A stretch of DNA of 32,000 nt from NCBI RefSeq assembly GCF_025643275.1, contig NZ_CP089977.1, positions 900,001 through 932,000 on the forward strand. The letters are read 5' to 3'. This DNA is from Moraxella nasicaprae (GTDB taxonomy: Bacteria > Pseudomonadota > Gammaproteobacteria > Pseudomonadales > Moraxellaceae). The number at the start of each line of letters is the position of its first letter. The stretch's first letter is position 1. Below, piece by piece: positions 15,067 to 26,153 of this stretch. Position numbers and translations under genes: made by a program. Under the pieces are notes generated by a model, which saw only the letters and a program-made list of their open reading frames with translations, was not told the DNA's origin and did not search any database.

Positions 15067-15627
15067 ATGACCACCATCACCGAAGCACTCAAAGAACACT
15101 CTCGCACCACTCACGACAGCGTGGACAATTTGGTCATGTCGATGCAGCCCTTTGCCAGTCATGACAATTATCGCAAATTTTTACAAGCCCAATATGAATT
15201 TCATTCGGCAGTATTGCCAATTTATACCAAAGAGTTTTTGACTTCACACATTGACGGTCTGATTAACCTATCTCGTCTTGACCGAGTCAAATCAGACATG
15301 AAAGACCTAGAAGTTGCTCCATTCCAAACAGGCATCGAAGTGCCAAATTATACCGATGATGAGGCGATTGGCTGGCTGTACTGCGTTGAAGGCTCGAATG
15401 TTGGGGCAGCCATTTTATACAAAGAGGCAGGCAAAATCGACTTGACCGATGAATTTGGTGCATCACATTTGGCGGCTCACGAAGATGGTCGTATGCCGCA
15501 TTGGCGTGCTGTGAAAGCCAAGATTGACGCACTACCGCTCAGTGATGATGCCAAAGCCGCTGCCATGAAAGGGGCTGATGATGCCTTTGCTTATTTTAAA
15601 GCACTGATTCGAAAAATCTATGGCTAA
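15067..15627 (+). CDS. hemO: Heme oxygenase (HemO/PigA-type, biliverdin-producing)
   Basis: 186-aa ORF. THDSVDNLVMSMQPF, AIGWLYCVEGSNVGAAILYK and HLAAHEDGRMPHWRA are closely similar to Neisseria HemO as I remember it. An AAGGA Shine-Dalgarno precedes the ATG. Confidence 0.88.
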   Translation: MTTITEALKEHSRTTHDSVDNLVMSMQPFASHDNYRKFLQAQYEFHSAVLPIYTKEFLTSHIDGLINLSRLDRVKSDMKDLEVAPFQTGIEVPNYTDDEAIGWLYCVEGSNVGAAILYKEAGKIDLTDEFGASHLAAHEDGRMPHWRAVKAKIDALPLSDDAKAAAMKGADDAFAYFKALIRKIYG

Positions 15628-15634
15628 CACACCA

Positions 15635-15663
15635 ACCCAAAGTAACAATACTTTGGGTTTTTT
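15635..15663 (+). terminator. Rho-independent terminator of hemO
   Basis: CCCAAAGT-AACAAT-ACTTTGGG followed by TTTTTT, 8 nt after the hemO stop. Confidence 0.8.
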
Positions 15664-15739
15664 ATGATGTTTATTTGGGGCAAATAAGGTGTATTTATGC
15701 TAAAATAGGCAAAATTCTTCTCAATCATTGATGGTAACA

Positions 15740-16570
15740 ATGAATAAATTTGCCCTACTTCAAACCCTAGTGCCACAGCAAACCCTCAGCGAATTGGCAG
15801 GTATGCTTGCCAAAAGCGAGGTTTCTTATGTCAAAAAACCACTCATCAAAACTTTTGCCAAAGCCTATGGCATCAAACTTGATGAATACGACAGAGGCTC
15901 GTTGGACGACTACACCAGTTTTAACGATTTTTTTACTCGTGAGCTCAAAGACAACGCTCGCCCCATTGACCCAACCCCAAATGGCATCATCTGCCCTGCT
16001 GATGGCACGGTTTCTCAGCTTGGCAACATTCACGCCCAAGCCATCTTACAAGCCAAAGGTAAGGACTACGAGGTCGGTCAGTTATTGGCAGATTTTGATG
16101 ATGGTCAGTATTTTGCTGATGGCAGCTTTGCCACCATCTATCTTGCTCCCAGCAACTATCATCGGGTGCATATGCCATTTGACGGCAAACTCATCGCCAC
16201 TCGCTATGTGCCTGGCACGCTATTTTCAGTGAACAACACCACTGCACAGCATGTGCCTGACCTATTTGCTCGCAATGAACGATTGGTCTGTGTATTTCAG
16301 ACCGCTTTTGGTAAGGCGTGCGTGGTGCTGGTTGGTGCGATGATTGTCGCTGGCATCGAATGCGTTGCCACAGGTCCAATCAAACGCACGCCATACATTC
16401 AGTATCGCACTCACGATTTGACCCTTGCCAAAGGCGATGAACTTGGTCGATTCTATCTAGGCTCAACCGCCATCATCGTTCTGCCAAAACAAGCAGGCAC
16501 GGCTTGGCAAGATGACATTGCACACGGCTCAGTTGTGATGATGGGACAAAAAATCGGGCAGTTAAGCTAA
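15740..16570 (+). CDS. psd: Phosphatidylserine decarboxylase proenzyme (Psd)
   Basis: FNDFFTREL, the GTVSQ region, HRVHMP and the LGST self-cleavage motif (FYLGSTAIIV) are all present. The ORF track starts at a TTG (15728). ATGs at 15731 or 15740 (MNKFALLQ) are more plausible. Confidence 0.92.
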   Translation: MNKFALLQTLVPQQTLSELAGMLAKSEVSYVKKPLIKTFAKAYGIKLDEYDRGSLDDYTSFNDFFTRELKDNARPIDPTPNGIICPADGTVSQLGNIHAQAILQAKGKDYEVGQLLADFDDGQYFADGSFATIYLAPSNYHRVHMPFDGKLIATRYVPGTLFSVNNTTAQHVPDLFARNERLVCVFQTAFGKACVVLVGAMIVAGIECVATGPIKRTPYIQYRTHDLTLAKGDELGRFYLGSTAIIVLPKQAGTAWQDDIAHGSVVMMGQKIGQLS

Positions 16571-16786
16571 ACTTGATGGCGTAATATCGCCAACAAAATC
16601 TGCTGTCTGATTGCTCAGACTTACCACAACCACAGATTGTCATTACAAAAAATTCGTCAAAGCACGATGAAAAAGCCCAATGGTGTAATTCTTTGACCAT
16701 GAACGGTTTTTATCATGTATGATTTTAGATGGTATCTTGTGTAAGCACCAAATTGACAATCCATTTAAATGTAAGTCCGCCCAAAT

Positions 16787-16817
16787 AAAAAACACGCCCT
16801 TTAAGAGCGTGTTTTTT
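16787..16817. terminator. Bidirectional rho-independent terminator, immediately 3' of gltS
   Basis: AAAAAACACGC-CCTTTAAGA-GCGTGTTTTTT: a 7-bp stem flanked by an A-run and a T-run. Confidence 0.75.
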
Positions 16818-16827
16818 ATCATGAGGC

Positions 16828-18057
16828 TTATAGCATTTTGGTAAAAACCCCCAAAATGGCGGTATTGATGATGTCCACAAAGAACGCACCCACCATTGGC
16901 ACAACCAAAAACGCTTTATGCGATGGCAAATAACGATCGGTGATTGCCTGCATGTTGGCGATGGCGGTTGGTGTTGCACCCAAACCAAAACCACAATGAC
17001 CCGCCGACAAAACGGCTGCATCATAGTCCCGACCCATCACATAATAGGTCACAAAATATGCAAACAAAAGCATCACCAGCGTTTGCACCAGCAAAATCAC
17101 CAATACAGGTACTGCCAAAGAAGTTAGCTCCCATAGTTTTAGATTCAGCAATGCGATGGCAAGAAATAGGCTCAAAGACGCATTACCAAAGACATCAATG
17201 GAGCGGTCAAACATATCAAACTTGAAAATCAAGGTCAATGCATTACGCAAAATCGCACCACCTGCCAACGCCCATACGAAAGTCGGTAGTTCAAATGCCG
17301 TGCCTTTTGCCACGCCTGTCATCACATCAGCGAAAACCAAACAGGCTGCAAACAACGCCAAAGTCTCGATGGCAGAAGTAGCGGTAATCAGACGCACTTT
17401 GTCTGATTTCTCAAAGACTTCTTCGCCAGCATTGCCTGTTTCTTTTAGGGTTGATGAATCAGTTACTTGATGAACGCTTGGCTGCATGTTTAGTTTTTTG
17501 GTGATGATGCGTTTTGCCACAGGGCCACCGATTAGACCGCCTGCCACCAGACCATAAGTTGCCGCTGCAATACCCAAAGTGGTTGCACCAACCAAACCAA
17601 AGTCATTTTCAAGTGTTGCACCCCAAGCACCTGCCGTGCCATGACCACCCGTCAAAGGAATTGAGCCTAGCACCAGACCCATCAACGGCTCTAAGCCAAA
17701 AGCACTTGCCAATGCGACACCCACACCATTTTGTAGGACAATGAATAACGATACGATGATGGTAAAAATCACCAGTGTCAGACCGCCTGCTTTTAGACGG
17801 CTAAAATCAGCCGACAAACCGATGGACGCATAGAACATCAGCATACAGGCTGTTTGTAGGTCCTTAAAAAAGACAAAACTATAACCAAAAAACGCATTCA
17901 ACGCATAAATCACCGCAGCCGCCACAAGACCGCCAGCCACAGGCTCTGGAATGCTAAAATCTTCTAAAAATTTGATTTTTTTAACCAAAAATTTGCCAAG
18001 CAGCAACACTAAGGTTGCTAAAATCAGCGTGTAATAGCCATTTAAAGCGATTTCCAT
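16828..18057 (-). CDS. gltS: Sodium/glutamate symporter (GltS)
   Basis: Polytopic membrane protein with long collinear similarity to E. coli GltS (IPEPVAGGL, GGHGTAGAWG, AFELPTFV, AGHCGFGLGATPTAIANMQAIT, FLVVPMVGAFF). The ATG at 18057 (MEIAL) is preferred over the TTG at 18060. Confidence 0.93.
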   Translation of the reverse strand: MEIALNGYYTLILATLVLLLGKFLVKKIKFLEDFSIPEPVAGGLVAAAVIYALNAFFGYSFVFFKDLQTACMLMFYASIGLSADFSRLKAGGLTLVIFTIIVSLFIVLQNGVGVALASAFGLEPLMGLVLGSIPLTGGHGTAGAWGATLENDFGLVGATTLGIAAATYGLVAGGLIGGPVAKRIITKKLNMQPSVHQVTDSSTLKETGNAGEEVFEKSDKVRLITATSAIETLALFAACLVFADVMTGVAKGTAFELPTFVWALAGGAILRNALTLIFKFDMFDRSIDVFGNASLSLFLAIALLNLKLWELTSLAVPVLVILLVQTLVMLLFAYFVTYYVMGRDYDAAVLSAGHCGFGLGATPTAIANMQAITDRYLPSHKAFLVVPMVGAFFVDIINTAILGVFTKML

Positions 18058-18237
18058 CAATGACTCCTATTATTGTGAATTGACAAAATAATCTAATAAA
18101 ACTTTGTCAATATTTTGTAAAAAATCATCAAACAGGTAGTATAATCCTATTTGATGATTGATAAAATAAAACGATAAGTCGATTTATTATACTAATATTT
18201 CATTGATAAAGCAAAAGTTTTCTAAAATGTTACTGAA

Positions 18238-18268
18238 CAAAAAAATAAGGTGGTCATCGACCACCTTA
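18238..18268 (-). terminator. Rho-independent terminator of purL
   Basis: Minus strand reads TAAGGTGGTC-GAT-GACCACCTTA followed by TTTTTTT: a 10-bp perfect stem. Confidence 0.85.
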
Positions 18269-18289
18269 TGACATGACACAGGTTAGGCA

Positions 18290-21200
18290 TTAACGCAAGA
18301 ATGCACGAGCGTTGCGGAACAGACGCATCCACGCACCATCATTCGCCCATTCATCAGGCTTCCATGAATGATTGACCGCTCTAAGCGTACGCTCTGGGTG
18401 CGGCATCATTAAAGTTACACGACCATCATTACTACAAATACCTGTGATGCCTTGTGGCGAGCCATTTGGGTTTAGCGGATAATGTTCGGTTGGATTGCCT
18501 TGACTATCAACATAACGCAAGGCAATTTGACCGCTATTTTCAAGCTCAAACTTGGCTTTTTCGGTCAAGTTGGCATAGCCCTCGCCATGAGCAATCGCCA
18601 CAGGCAAGATGCTATCTTGCATGCCTTTAAGCAGTACCGACTTGGTGCGTTCAACACGGACATTGACCGTGCGAGCCTCAAAACGAGCTGACTTGTTGGC
18701 AATAAAGCGTGGGAAATGCTCCGCCCCAATCATCAGCTCTTTAAGCTGACTCATCATCTGACAGCCATTACACACGCCCAACGCAAAAGTCTCTGGGCGA
18801 TGGAAAAATCTGGCAAACTGCATACGAAGTTCCTCGTGGAACAATATCGAATTTGCCCAGCCAGAACCTGCACCCAGCACATCGCCATAGCTAAAACCGC
18901 CACACGCCACCAAGCCTTCAAAGTCTCGCAGATTGATGCGACCACTCATCAAGTCGCTCATGTGGACATCAATCGCCTCAAAGCCTGCTCGTACAAAACC
19001 TGCCGCCATTTCCAAATGACCATTAACACCCTGCTCACGCAAGATGGCAACTTTTGGCAGGCTGGTGCGACTGTTTACATAAGGGGCTTCTACCGCCAAA
19101 TCTAGGTCATAATTTGCCTGTGCAATCAAACCATGATGATTGACATCATCAATCAAAGCAAATTCTTGGTCAGCACAGGCTGGATTATCACGCAAACTTG
19201 CGATGGCGTGGCTGACTTTTGTCCATTCTTTTTGTAATTGGCTACGAGCAAAAGACAAAGATTGGCTTGGTGTGGTGATGCTTAACACATCAAGCCCTGC
19301 CCCGCCTGCTGGCGTTTGCTTAACCTGACCGACAAGGCTTAGCATATCATCAACCTGATGACTTTGTGCCAATGCCACAAATTCATCCACCGACTCTGGC
19401 AACACCTGAACAACCGCACCCAATTCTTCGGCAAACAGCTGACCCAAAAGATGGTCATCACTTAGGCTCAACGCAATAGCAACACGACTGGTAAACTGCA
19501 TCTCAGCAACAGCAGCAATCAAGCCACCATCACCAATGTCATGATAGGCTTGAATCAATCCTTTTTGGGCAGCCGCTTGGATAAATGCAAAGAAATTTGC
19601 CAAATCTTTGGGGCTATCCAAATCAGCACTATCATCGCCAAGCTGGCTTAATGTCTGGGCAAAAATCGAACCGCCTAGACGCAGCTTGCCTTTGGATAAA
19701 TCCAAACGATACAATGCTGAATCTTGATTGGCAAGCTCAGGCGTGATGGTCTTAGCGACATCTTGCACAGGGGCGAAAGCTGTGATAATCAGGCTCATTG
19801 GCGAGGTTACTGATTTGTCCTCTTCGCCATCTTTCCAGCCTGCTTTCATTGACAAGCTATCTTTACCCACAGGAATGGTGATGCCCAACGCAGGGCACAG
19901 CTCTTCGCCCACTGCATACACCGCATCGAACAAGGCGGCATCTTCTTTGTCATCGCCACACGCTGCCATCCAGTTGGCAGATAATGTGATGTCGCTGATT
20001 TTTGCAATATTTGCTGATGCGATGTTAGTTACCGCCTCGCCCACCGCTAGGCGTGCCGATGCCGCAGGATTAATGAGTGCCACAGGGCTACGCTCGCCCA
20101 TCGCCATCGCCTCGCCTGTGTTCGCCAAAAGACCGCTTGATGTGACCGCAGCGTCTGCCACAGGCACTTGATAGCGACCGACATATTGGTCTTGGGTTAC
20201 CATGCCTGTGATGGAGCGGTCGCCAATGCTGATGAGAAACGATTTGCTGGCGACCGTTGGGTGTCTTAACACATCTTTGATGCTTTGTGCCAAATCGACA
20301 CCTGATACATCTAGCGGGCTTAGCTTGGCATCTGTACGCTCAAAACTTCTTTTCATGCGTGGTGTGCCGCCAAGTAGCACCTGCATTGGTATATCCACAG
20401 GTTGTTCTGGCAACAGGCTATCATCAACTTTAAGTTCACGAACTTGGGTGGCAACGCCCAATACTGCGTATGGGCAGCGTTCTCTGGCACAGATTTGGCT
20501 GAACACTTCTTCGCTTTCTGGTGCAATAGCAAGCACATAGCGTTCTTGGGCTTCGTTCGACCAAATCGCCATCGGACTCATGCCAGCTTCTAGTGATGGC
20601 ACTTTACGCAGATTTAAGTGAGCTCCAAGCTCATGGTCATCAACCAGCTCTGGCATTGCATTGGACAGACCGCCTGCACCGACATCATGAATGGAGATGA
20701 TTGGGTTTTTATCATCGCCATCTTTTGCCATCGCCCAGCACGCATCAATGACCTCTTGGCAGCGGCGTTCCATCTCAGCATTGTCTCGTTGTACGGACGC
20801 AAAATCCAGCCCTTCATCAAGCTCGCCACTATCTACCGAGCTTGCCGCTCCGCCACCCAAACCGATTTGCATCGCAGGACCTCCCAATACGATGAGCAAA
20901 TCGCCCTCTTTGATGGCGTTTTTTTGTACCAAGTTGCGTTTGATGTTACCATAACCCCCTGCAATCATGATGGGCTTATGATAGCCACGCATCTGGCTAC
21001 CGTCCTGTGCGTCAGAAGTGTCTAACTGAAAACTGCGAAAATAGCCATTAAGATTTGGGCGACCAAACTCATTGGCAAATGCAGCCCCACCCAAAGGACC
21101 CTCAATCATAATGTCCAAAGCACTTGCCATGCGTTCTGGCTTGCCATAATCTGCACTTGATACCTTGCCTGATTGCTCCCATTTTTCGGGCATATTAGGC

Positions 21201-22234
21201 AGGTGTAAATGAGACACGCTAAATCCTGTCAGACCTGCTTTTGGCTTACCGCCACGACCTGTCGCTCCTTCATCACGAATCTCGCCACCAGCCCCTGTTG
21301 CTGCTCCTGCAAACGGTGCGATGGCGGTTGGGTGGTTGTGCGTTTCTACTTTCATCAAAATATCGATTTGCTCTTGATGAAAATCGTATTGCGACTCGCC
21401 TGCCTCATTTTTGGTGGGATAAAAACGCTGTGCTTCAAAACCTGCCATCACCGCCGCATTATCTTTATAGGCAGACAAGATGCCATCAGAATGTTTTTCG
21501 TGCGTGTTCTTAATCATCTTAAACAATGATTTTGGTTGCACCTGTCCATCAATCGTCCACTCGGCATTAAAAATCTTATGGCGGCAATGCTCTGAGTTAG
21601 CCTGAGCAAACATCATCAGCTCGACATCGGTTGGATTACGACCTAATTTGATGAAGTTTTCAACCAAATACTCGATGTCTTCTTCGGATAATGCAAAACC
21701 ATGCTCACTGTTCGCCTCAACCAACGCCACCTTGCCACGACCAATGATGTCCACCGTGCTTAGATGGGCAGGCTCGCCATCAATGAATAAGGCTGCCACC
21801 TCATCAAGCTGATAACTAAGCGTCTGCGTCATGCGGTCGTGCAGAATATTCTCAGCAAGTTTTGGCAATCTGGCAGGCAGTTCATCGCCTGTCAGCGTGT
21901 ACACCACCACACGCTCCACACGCTCAATATTCACACCGCAATTTTTAAAAATATCGGTCGCCTTTGATGACCATGGGCTAATCGTGCCAAAACGAGGGGA
22001 GACCACCACCTGAATTTGACCTGCTTGGGCGGTTTTTGGGGCAACTTCTTCGCCATGATTGAGTAGATTGATGGCTTTTTTACGGTCAGCATCGGACAAT
22101 GCCGAATTAAAAATATAGACCTGCTGGCTGTCAATCGCCGTAATGGCAAGATTTGCCTTATCGTTGAGTTGTTTGGTCAATTTTTGTGCTTGAAAGTCGG
22201 TCAAAAAACCCAGACCAGCAATAGTACTCATCAT
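18290..22234 (-). CDS. purL: Phosphoribosylformylglycinamidine synthase, large single-chain form (PurL)
   Basis: ORF of ~1314 aa with [40 protein letters not shown] and a C-terminal glutamine amidotransferase domain ([12 protein letters not shown]). The ATG at 22234 after AAGGTGG is preferred over the GTG at 22243. Confidence 0.96.
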   Translation of the reverse strand: MMSTIAGLGFLTDFQAQKLTKQLNDKANLAITAIDSQQVYIFNSALSDADRKKAINLLNHGEEVAPKTAQAGQIQVVVSPRFGTISPWSSKATDIFKNCGVNIERVERVVVYTLTGDELPARLPKLAENILHDRMTQTLSYQLDEVAALFIDGEPAHLSTVDIIGRGKVALVEANSEHGFALSEEDIEYLVENFIKLGRNPTDVELMMFAQANSEHCRHKIFNAEWTIDGQVQPKSLFKMIKNTHEKHSDGILSAYKDNAAVMAGFEAQRFYPTKNEAGESQYDFHQEQIDILMKVETHNHPTAIAPFAGAATGAGGEIRDEGATGRGGKPKAGLTGFSVSHLHLPNMPEKWEQSGKVSSADYGKPERMASALDIMIEGPLGGAAFANEFGRPNLNGYFRSFQLDTSDAQDGSQMRGYHKPIMIAGGYGNIKRNLVQKNAIKEGDLLIVLGGPAMQIGLGGGAASSVDSGELDEGLDFASVQRDNAEMERRCQEVIDACWAMAKDGDDKNPIISIHDVGAGGLSNAMPELVDDHELGAHLNLRKVPSLEAGMSPMAIWSNEAQERYVLAIAPESEEVFSQICARERCPYAVLGVATQVRELKVDDSLLPEQPVDIPMQVLLGGTPRMKRSFERTDAKLSPLDVSGVDLAQSIKDVLRHPTVASKSFLISIGDRSITGMVTQDQYVGRYQVPVADAAVTSSGLLANTGEAMAMGERSPVALINPAASARLAVGEAVTNIASANIAKISDITLSANWMAACGDDKEDAALFDAVYAVGEELCPALGITIPVGKDSLSMKAGWKDGEEDKSVTSPMSLIITAFAPVQDVAKTITPELANQDSALYRLDLSKGKLRLGGSIFAQTLSQLGDDSADLDSPKDLANFFAFIQAAAQKGLIQAYHDIGDGGLIAAVAEMQFTSRVAIALSLSDDHLLGQLFAEELGAVVQVLPESVDEFVALAQSHQVDDMLSLVGQVKQTPAGGAGLDVLSITTPSQSLSFARSQLQKEWTKVSHAIASLRDNPACADQEFALIDDVNHHGLIAQANYDLDLAVEAPYVNSRTSLPKVAILREQGVNGHLEMAAGFVRAGFEAIDVHMSDLMSGRINLRDFEGLVACGGFSYGDVLGAGSGWANSILFHEELRMQFARFFHRPETFALGVCNGCQMMSQLKELMIGAEHFPRFIANKSARFEARTVNVRVERTKSVLLKGMQDSILPVAIAHGEGYANLTEKAKFELENSGQIALRYVDSQGNPTEHYPLNPNGSPQGITGICSNDGRVTLMMPHPERTLRAVNHSWKPDEWANDGAWMRLFRNARAFLR

Positions 22235-22307
22235 GTTTGCCACCTTTATTGAGCTTTGTCCATGTGCGATAACACTTGGCGATGATTTGTGAAAGAAATG
22301 GTTGAAT

Positions 22308-22316
22308 ATTATAACA
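22308..22316 (-). promoter_or_regulatory. Candidate extended -10 promoter (TGTTATAAT) for purL
   Basis: The minus strand has TGnTATAAT ~70 nt upstream of the purL ATG. No good -35 element. Confidence 0.35.
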
Positions 22317-22372
22317 GAATTTTAACAAAGTTTTGGGCAAAATCATCAACCAATCCTGTAATTTTGCCCAAG

Positions 22373-22401
22373 AAAAAACCGCCAACGACTCATGCTGACG
22401 G
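22373..22401 (-). terminator. Probable terminator of the DUF2799 lipoprotein gene
   Basis: Minus strand reads CCGTCA-GCATGAGTCG-TTGGCGG (6 bp with one G-U pair) followed by TTTTTT, 8 nt after the stop. Confidence 0.45.
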
Positions 22402-22408
22402 TCTTTGA

Positions 22409-22990
22409 TTAGTAAGAAGCATACGGAGAGTGATGACGCAGATAGTCCAATTTGGATTGATATTCCGTCACTTCCTTGTCCAAGTCGCTCACCACGCTTG
22501 GCAATGCCAGCATTCTTAATCTGGCTTCTTTGACACTTTGAAATTTGAGCATGTCGCCACCACGAAGTTTGTTGTACTCTTCCACCAGTTTTTTGCGTTC
22601 TCTTAGTTTGCTGTCGATGTCAGATTCTAGCTGATGAATCGCTTGACCATAACGATTGGCTTTGTCCAATATCTCTTGCGATTCAGCAGGGCAAGCCATG
22701 CCGACCGAGATGCCTTTTAGCCCTCGCTGATAAGCATTGCCGATGGTGCAGTAGCTTTGTAAGCCTTGCTGGCGACCCGCCTCCCAAGCCTGCTTGTCTG
22801 GCACGATACCAGCTTTGGCACAGGATTTGGCATGGTCTGCAAGATGATGCCACATTTTGCCTGTTTTGCCATCGCTTAATCCCACTTGATACCAGTCCGC
22901 CACTTGGCATTCTGCTTTTGTCATCGTGCCACAAGCCGACAGCGTCATCGCTGTACAAATAGCCCCAATTCCCATAAACAATGCTTTCAT
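22409..22990 (-). CDS. Lipoprotein, DUF2799-like
   Basis: 193-aa ORF with a signal peptide and lipobox (MTLSAC). The cysteine-containing motifs CQVADWYQVGLSDGKTG and QAWEAGRQQGLQSYC resemble the DUF2799 repeat. The C-terminal part is coiled-coil-like. Confidence 0.6.
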   Translation of the reverse strand: MKALFMGIGAICTAMTLSACGTMTKAECQVADWYQVGLSDGKTGKMWHHLADHAKSCAKAGIVPDKQAWEAGRQQGLQSYCTIGNAYQRGLKGISVGMACPAESQEILDKANRYGQAIHQLESDIDSKLRERKKLVEEYNKLRGGDMLKFQSVKEARLRMLALPSVVSDLDKEVTEYQSKLDYLRHHSPYASY

Positions 22991-23047
22991 GATACGCTCA
23001 TTATCAAGTAAAAATTAACATAACTATAAAACAAAACCCACATCTCG

Positions 23048-25912
23048 TCAAGTATTAAACTGCGATAAATCCACCGTCTGTAATGCGTCCAAAGCATCAA
23101 TCAAGGCACGATAAGCAGGACGCAACGCCACAAAAGCAGCAGCGTCTGTTTTTTGGACATCGGCTCGGCATTTTTGTTCAAATGATTCGCTCATCAGGCG
23201 TAATCTTGGCACGCCTGCATAGCGAGACGCTCCCACCATGCGGTGCGACAATTCTGACAATTTAGCACGGTCTCTATCCGCCCACGCCCTTTCAAATGCT
23301 CGCTTATCCTCCTCAATGGCATCAATGAGCATGGTCAAAATCTTCAAGGCAAGCTCAGGTTTATTTGCTGACCTATCCAACGCATCTTGCCAATCCACAT
23401 CTGCCAAAGTCGTGCCATCGACCGCCAGCAGTGCAGGAGTGGGCAACGCTTCTGTCTGCTCATGTCGATGTAGCCAGCGTTGTAACAACTGAACCAGTTG
23501 CACCTGACCGATGGGCTTACTGGCATAATCATCAAGCCCTGATGCCACCAAGCGGTCTTTTTCGTCTGACAATCCATGTGCGGTCAAAGCAATGATGGGT
23601 ACAGGCTGAGCCAGATGAGCCTGCTCAATCTTACGAATCTCAATGCTTGCCTCCAAGCCAGACATTCTAGGCATTTGCACATCCATGAACACCAAATCAA
23701 TGGGCAGTCCTGTGCCAGAGATGCTCTGATTCATTTTTTCAATCGCCTCAAAGCCACTTTCTGCGGTCAATACATCAACACCCATTTCGCCCAGCAAAGC
23801 CTCTAATACCAGCAGATTGGGCAGATGGTCGTCCACCGCCAGCACACGGCAACCATCAAACCTAGCCTGACGAGAAGATTGAGCGTGCAATGCCAAATTA
23901 TCCTGATTGTTTAGCATCGCACAAAGCTGTCTTCTGTCAATCGGTTCGTATAATCCCACCGCCTGATAGCGACCCAATAATGTCGTATCCATGCCCACTT
24001 GATAGCCATAGCTTGCCAATTTGCCATGATAACGCTGGCGAATCTGGCGTAAAATCGCCCCAATGTCATCTTTGGCAGCATCTTGCCCAAAATAATCGAC
24101 AATCACCCAATCATACTGCGTTTCTTTATTATCAAGCTGTTCTAATAAATCTGCCAAGCCAATCGTCACTACCATATTAGCAGGCGTACCTGAAAGGCTT
24201 GCTTTTAAAACTTGCAATGCTGGGTCGTGGTTAATCCATACCAAGATATTCATCGGATTGTTCAGACAGACAATCATTGGCATTTCTTCCACTATGTCCA
24301 CCCCTGATGGTATCTCAAACCAAAAAGTTGACCCAGACTTGGCAATGTTTTCGCTGTTATTATCAAAAAACCCAATCGAGCCGCCCATCAAATGAGCCAG
24401 CTGTTTTGAGATGACCAGACCCAGACCCGTGCCACCATAGCGGCGAGTAACCGACAAATCGCCTTGACTAAAACTTTGGAATAAATTGACTTTATCGCTC
24501 TCGCTGATGCCTTTGCCCGTATCTTCAACTTCAATACGCAAAAAATTCGCCCTATCCGCCAGACTGACTCGCACCGTCACGCTGCCAGATTCGGTAAATT
24601 TGATGGCATTGCCCACCAAATTGGTCAAAATTTGCTTAAACCGCAAACTATCGCCCATCACCAAAATCGGTACATCATGATAAAACAGCACCGACAAGCG
24701 TAATTTTTTTTCTAAGGCGGCAGGCGATAGCATATCCACCACATCATAGACGGCAGCATATAGGTCAAAATCATGCTCATCTAAGGCAAGTTTGCCTGCT
24801 TCCATTTTTGAAAAATCCAGCACATCATTGACCAGTGCTAACAGATGAGCAGAAGATTTTTTGATGGTTTGCACATACAAATCTTGCTCGCTGGTCAGTC
24901 CTGATTTGCGAGCCAAAAGATTGATGAAGCCATCGATACTGTTGAGCGGTGTACGCAATTCGTGGCTGATGTTTGCCAAAAATGCTGATTTAGCCTGACT
25001 GGCACTGATGGCAGCATCACGAGCATTACGGATAGAAATATTTTGCATTTCCATCTCGTCAAAGGCTTGCTGTAAGTCTCTTTCGGTCTCTTGGGCGTGG
25101 TTTTTTAGGTCAGTAAAGCTGGCATCAAGTCGCTGAATCGCCCTAGCAAAATCGTGCTTTAATAGGGCAAATTCGCCATCAGTCTGCAAGTCTGGAATGT
25201 ATGACAGATTATTGGCATTAAGCCTTTGCAAATACAGTCGCATTTCATAAATCGGTGCAATCCAGCGTTTTGAATAAATATTTAAAATCAGCAGCAGTAG
25301 CAACACCGTACTCAACCCTGTGATGGATAACGCCAGCCCCACACGATAATAAGCAATCTGCAATGGGGCATTATCCATATCCACCATCAGCCAATAGCGG
25401 TTTTTGTCCGAATAAATGGCGGTTCCATAGGCTGTACCCACATCAGTCGGCAGGCGGTTGATTTGGTTGGCATTAACATCAAAAGTTGCCCATGCTTCAT
25501 CGGTCTGAACCCCTGTGGTGAACAGTATTTTGCCCTGCTCATCCATCACCGCCAGACGCAGCACATGCTGACTGGGCGAACGCTGAAATTGAGCAAACCA
25601 GCTATCCACTGCTTCACGGTCATCAATCGGAGCGATGCTGGCTGAAATCGGCTCACTGCCCAATCGCCCAATCTGAGCATCAATCTGATTTTGGCTTTGT
25701 TTTTGTTCAATCTCTTTAATCATCGGTCTGATGATGGTTTCATAGCGAGCCAATGCTGCCTTTGCCAGCACATCTTGCTCTGACCAAAACGCCCTGCGAG
25801 TCTCGCCAAGCACAATCGCTGCCCCCACGCCTGCCAAAATCACGATGGGCAAAAATACCAATAAAATCAGTTGTCCGTATGCACTTTTGATGCCAAAATT
25901 TTTCTTTATCAT
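23048..25912 (-). CDS. Hybrid sensor histidine kinase/response regulator (BarA/GacS-type: TM-HAMP-HisKA-HATPase-REC-Hpt)
   Basis: 954-aa ORF with two TM segments. It has the H-box SHELRTPLN, N/G boxes (LVGNAIKFT, DTGKGI, GGTGLGL), a receiver domain (VLAVDDHLPNL...DLVFMDVQMP) and a C-terminal Hpt (LSHRMVGASRYAG). Confidence 0.9.
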   Translation of the reverse strand: MIKKNFGIKSAYGQLILLVFLPIVILAGVGAAIVLGETRRAFWSEQDVLAKAALARYETIIRPMIKEIEQKQSQNQIDAQIGRLGSEPISASIAPIDDREAVDSWFAQFQRSPSQHVLRLAVMDEQGKILFTTGVQTDEAWATFDVNANQINRLPTDVGTAYGTAIYSDKNRYWLMVDMDNAPLQIAYYRVGLALSITGLSTVLLLLLILNIYSKRWIAPIYEMRLYLQRLNANNLSYIPDLQTDGEFALLKHDFARAIQRLDASFTDLKNHAQETERDLQQAFDEMEMQNISIRNARDAAISASQAKSAFLANISHELRTPLNSIDGFINLLARKSGLTSEQDLYVQTIKKSSAHLLALVNDVLDFSKMEAGKLALDEHDFDLYAAVYDVVDMLSPAALEKKLRLSVLFYHDVPILVMGDSLRFKQILTNLVGNAIKFTESGSVTVRVSLADRANFLRIEVEDTGKGISESDKVNLFQSFSQGDLSVTRRYGGTGLGLVISKQLAHLMGGSIGFFDNNSENIAKSGSTFWFEIPSGVDIVEEMPMIVCLNNPMNILVWINHDPALQVLKASLSGTPANMVVTIGLADLLEQLDNKETQYDWVIVDYFGQDAAKDDIGAILRQIRQRYHGKLASYGYQVGMDTTLLGRYQAVGLYEPIDRRQLCAMLNNQDNLALHAQSSRQARFDGCRVLAVDDHLPNLLVLEALLGEMGVDVLTAESGFEAIEKMNQSISGTGLPIDLVFMDVQMPRMSGLEASIEIRKIEQAHLAQPVPIIALTAHGLSDEKDRLVASGLDDYASKPIGQVQLVQLLQRWLHRHEQTEALPTPALLAVDGTTLADVDWQDALDRSANKPELALKILTMLIDAIEEDKRAFERAWADRDRAKLSELSHRMVGASRYAGVPRLRLMSESFEQKCRADVQKTDAAAFVALRPAYRALIDALDALQTVDLSQFNT

Positions 25913-26052
25913 GCTGTCTAATATTACCCATCACAATCACCAAAATAGTGTAGCATGATTTTATGATTTTGGTAAAAAATCTTAGGCAATCTGCGACACT
26001 TATCCACCAAAGATGATTGATGGCGATTTAGCACAGCACATCGCCAAAATTG

Positions 26053-26061
26053 TGCTATAAT
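26053..26061 (+). promoter_or_regulatory. Candidate extended -10 promoter (TGCTATAAT) for cysM
   Basis: TGnTATAAT ~95 nt upstream of the cysM ATG, embedded in an AGCACA..N15..TGTGCT inverted repeat. Confidence 0.35.
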
Positions 26062-26153
26062 CTGCCCATATTTGACGGATTGCAGCACAAGCCACGCTCT
26101 GATTGCTTTAATCATGCTGCATCTTTTTTTATATAAAACATCAAGAGATTATC

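Noticed and set aside
16473-17024. Minus-strand ORFs 16473-16700 (75 aa) and 16725-17024 (99 aa) in or near the psd-gltS intergenic region
   Set aside because: The first overlaps the psd 3' end in antisense. The second overlaps the gltS 3' end out of frame and spans the bidirectional terminator. Neither has motifs or a ribosome-binding site. The ~215-nt spacer shows no feature I can support.
18482-22385. Numerous alternative-frame and antisense ORFs within and just upstream of purL (for example 19728-20171, 20618-21025, 21209-21529, 22158-22385)
   Set aside because: All of them overlap the continuous ~1314-aa PurL frame or its start region and have biased, motif-free translations. They are typical shadow ORFs of a long gene.
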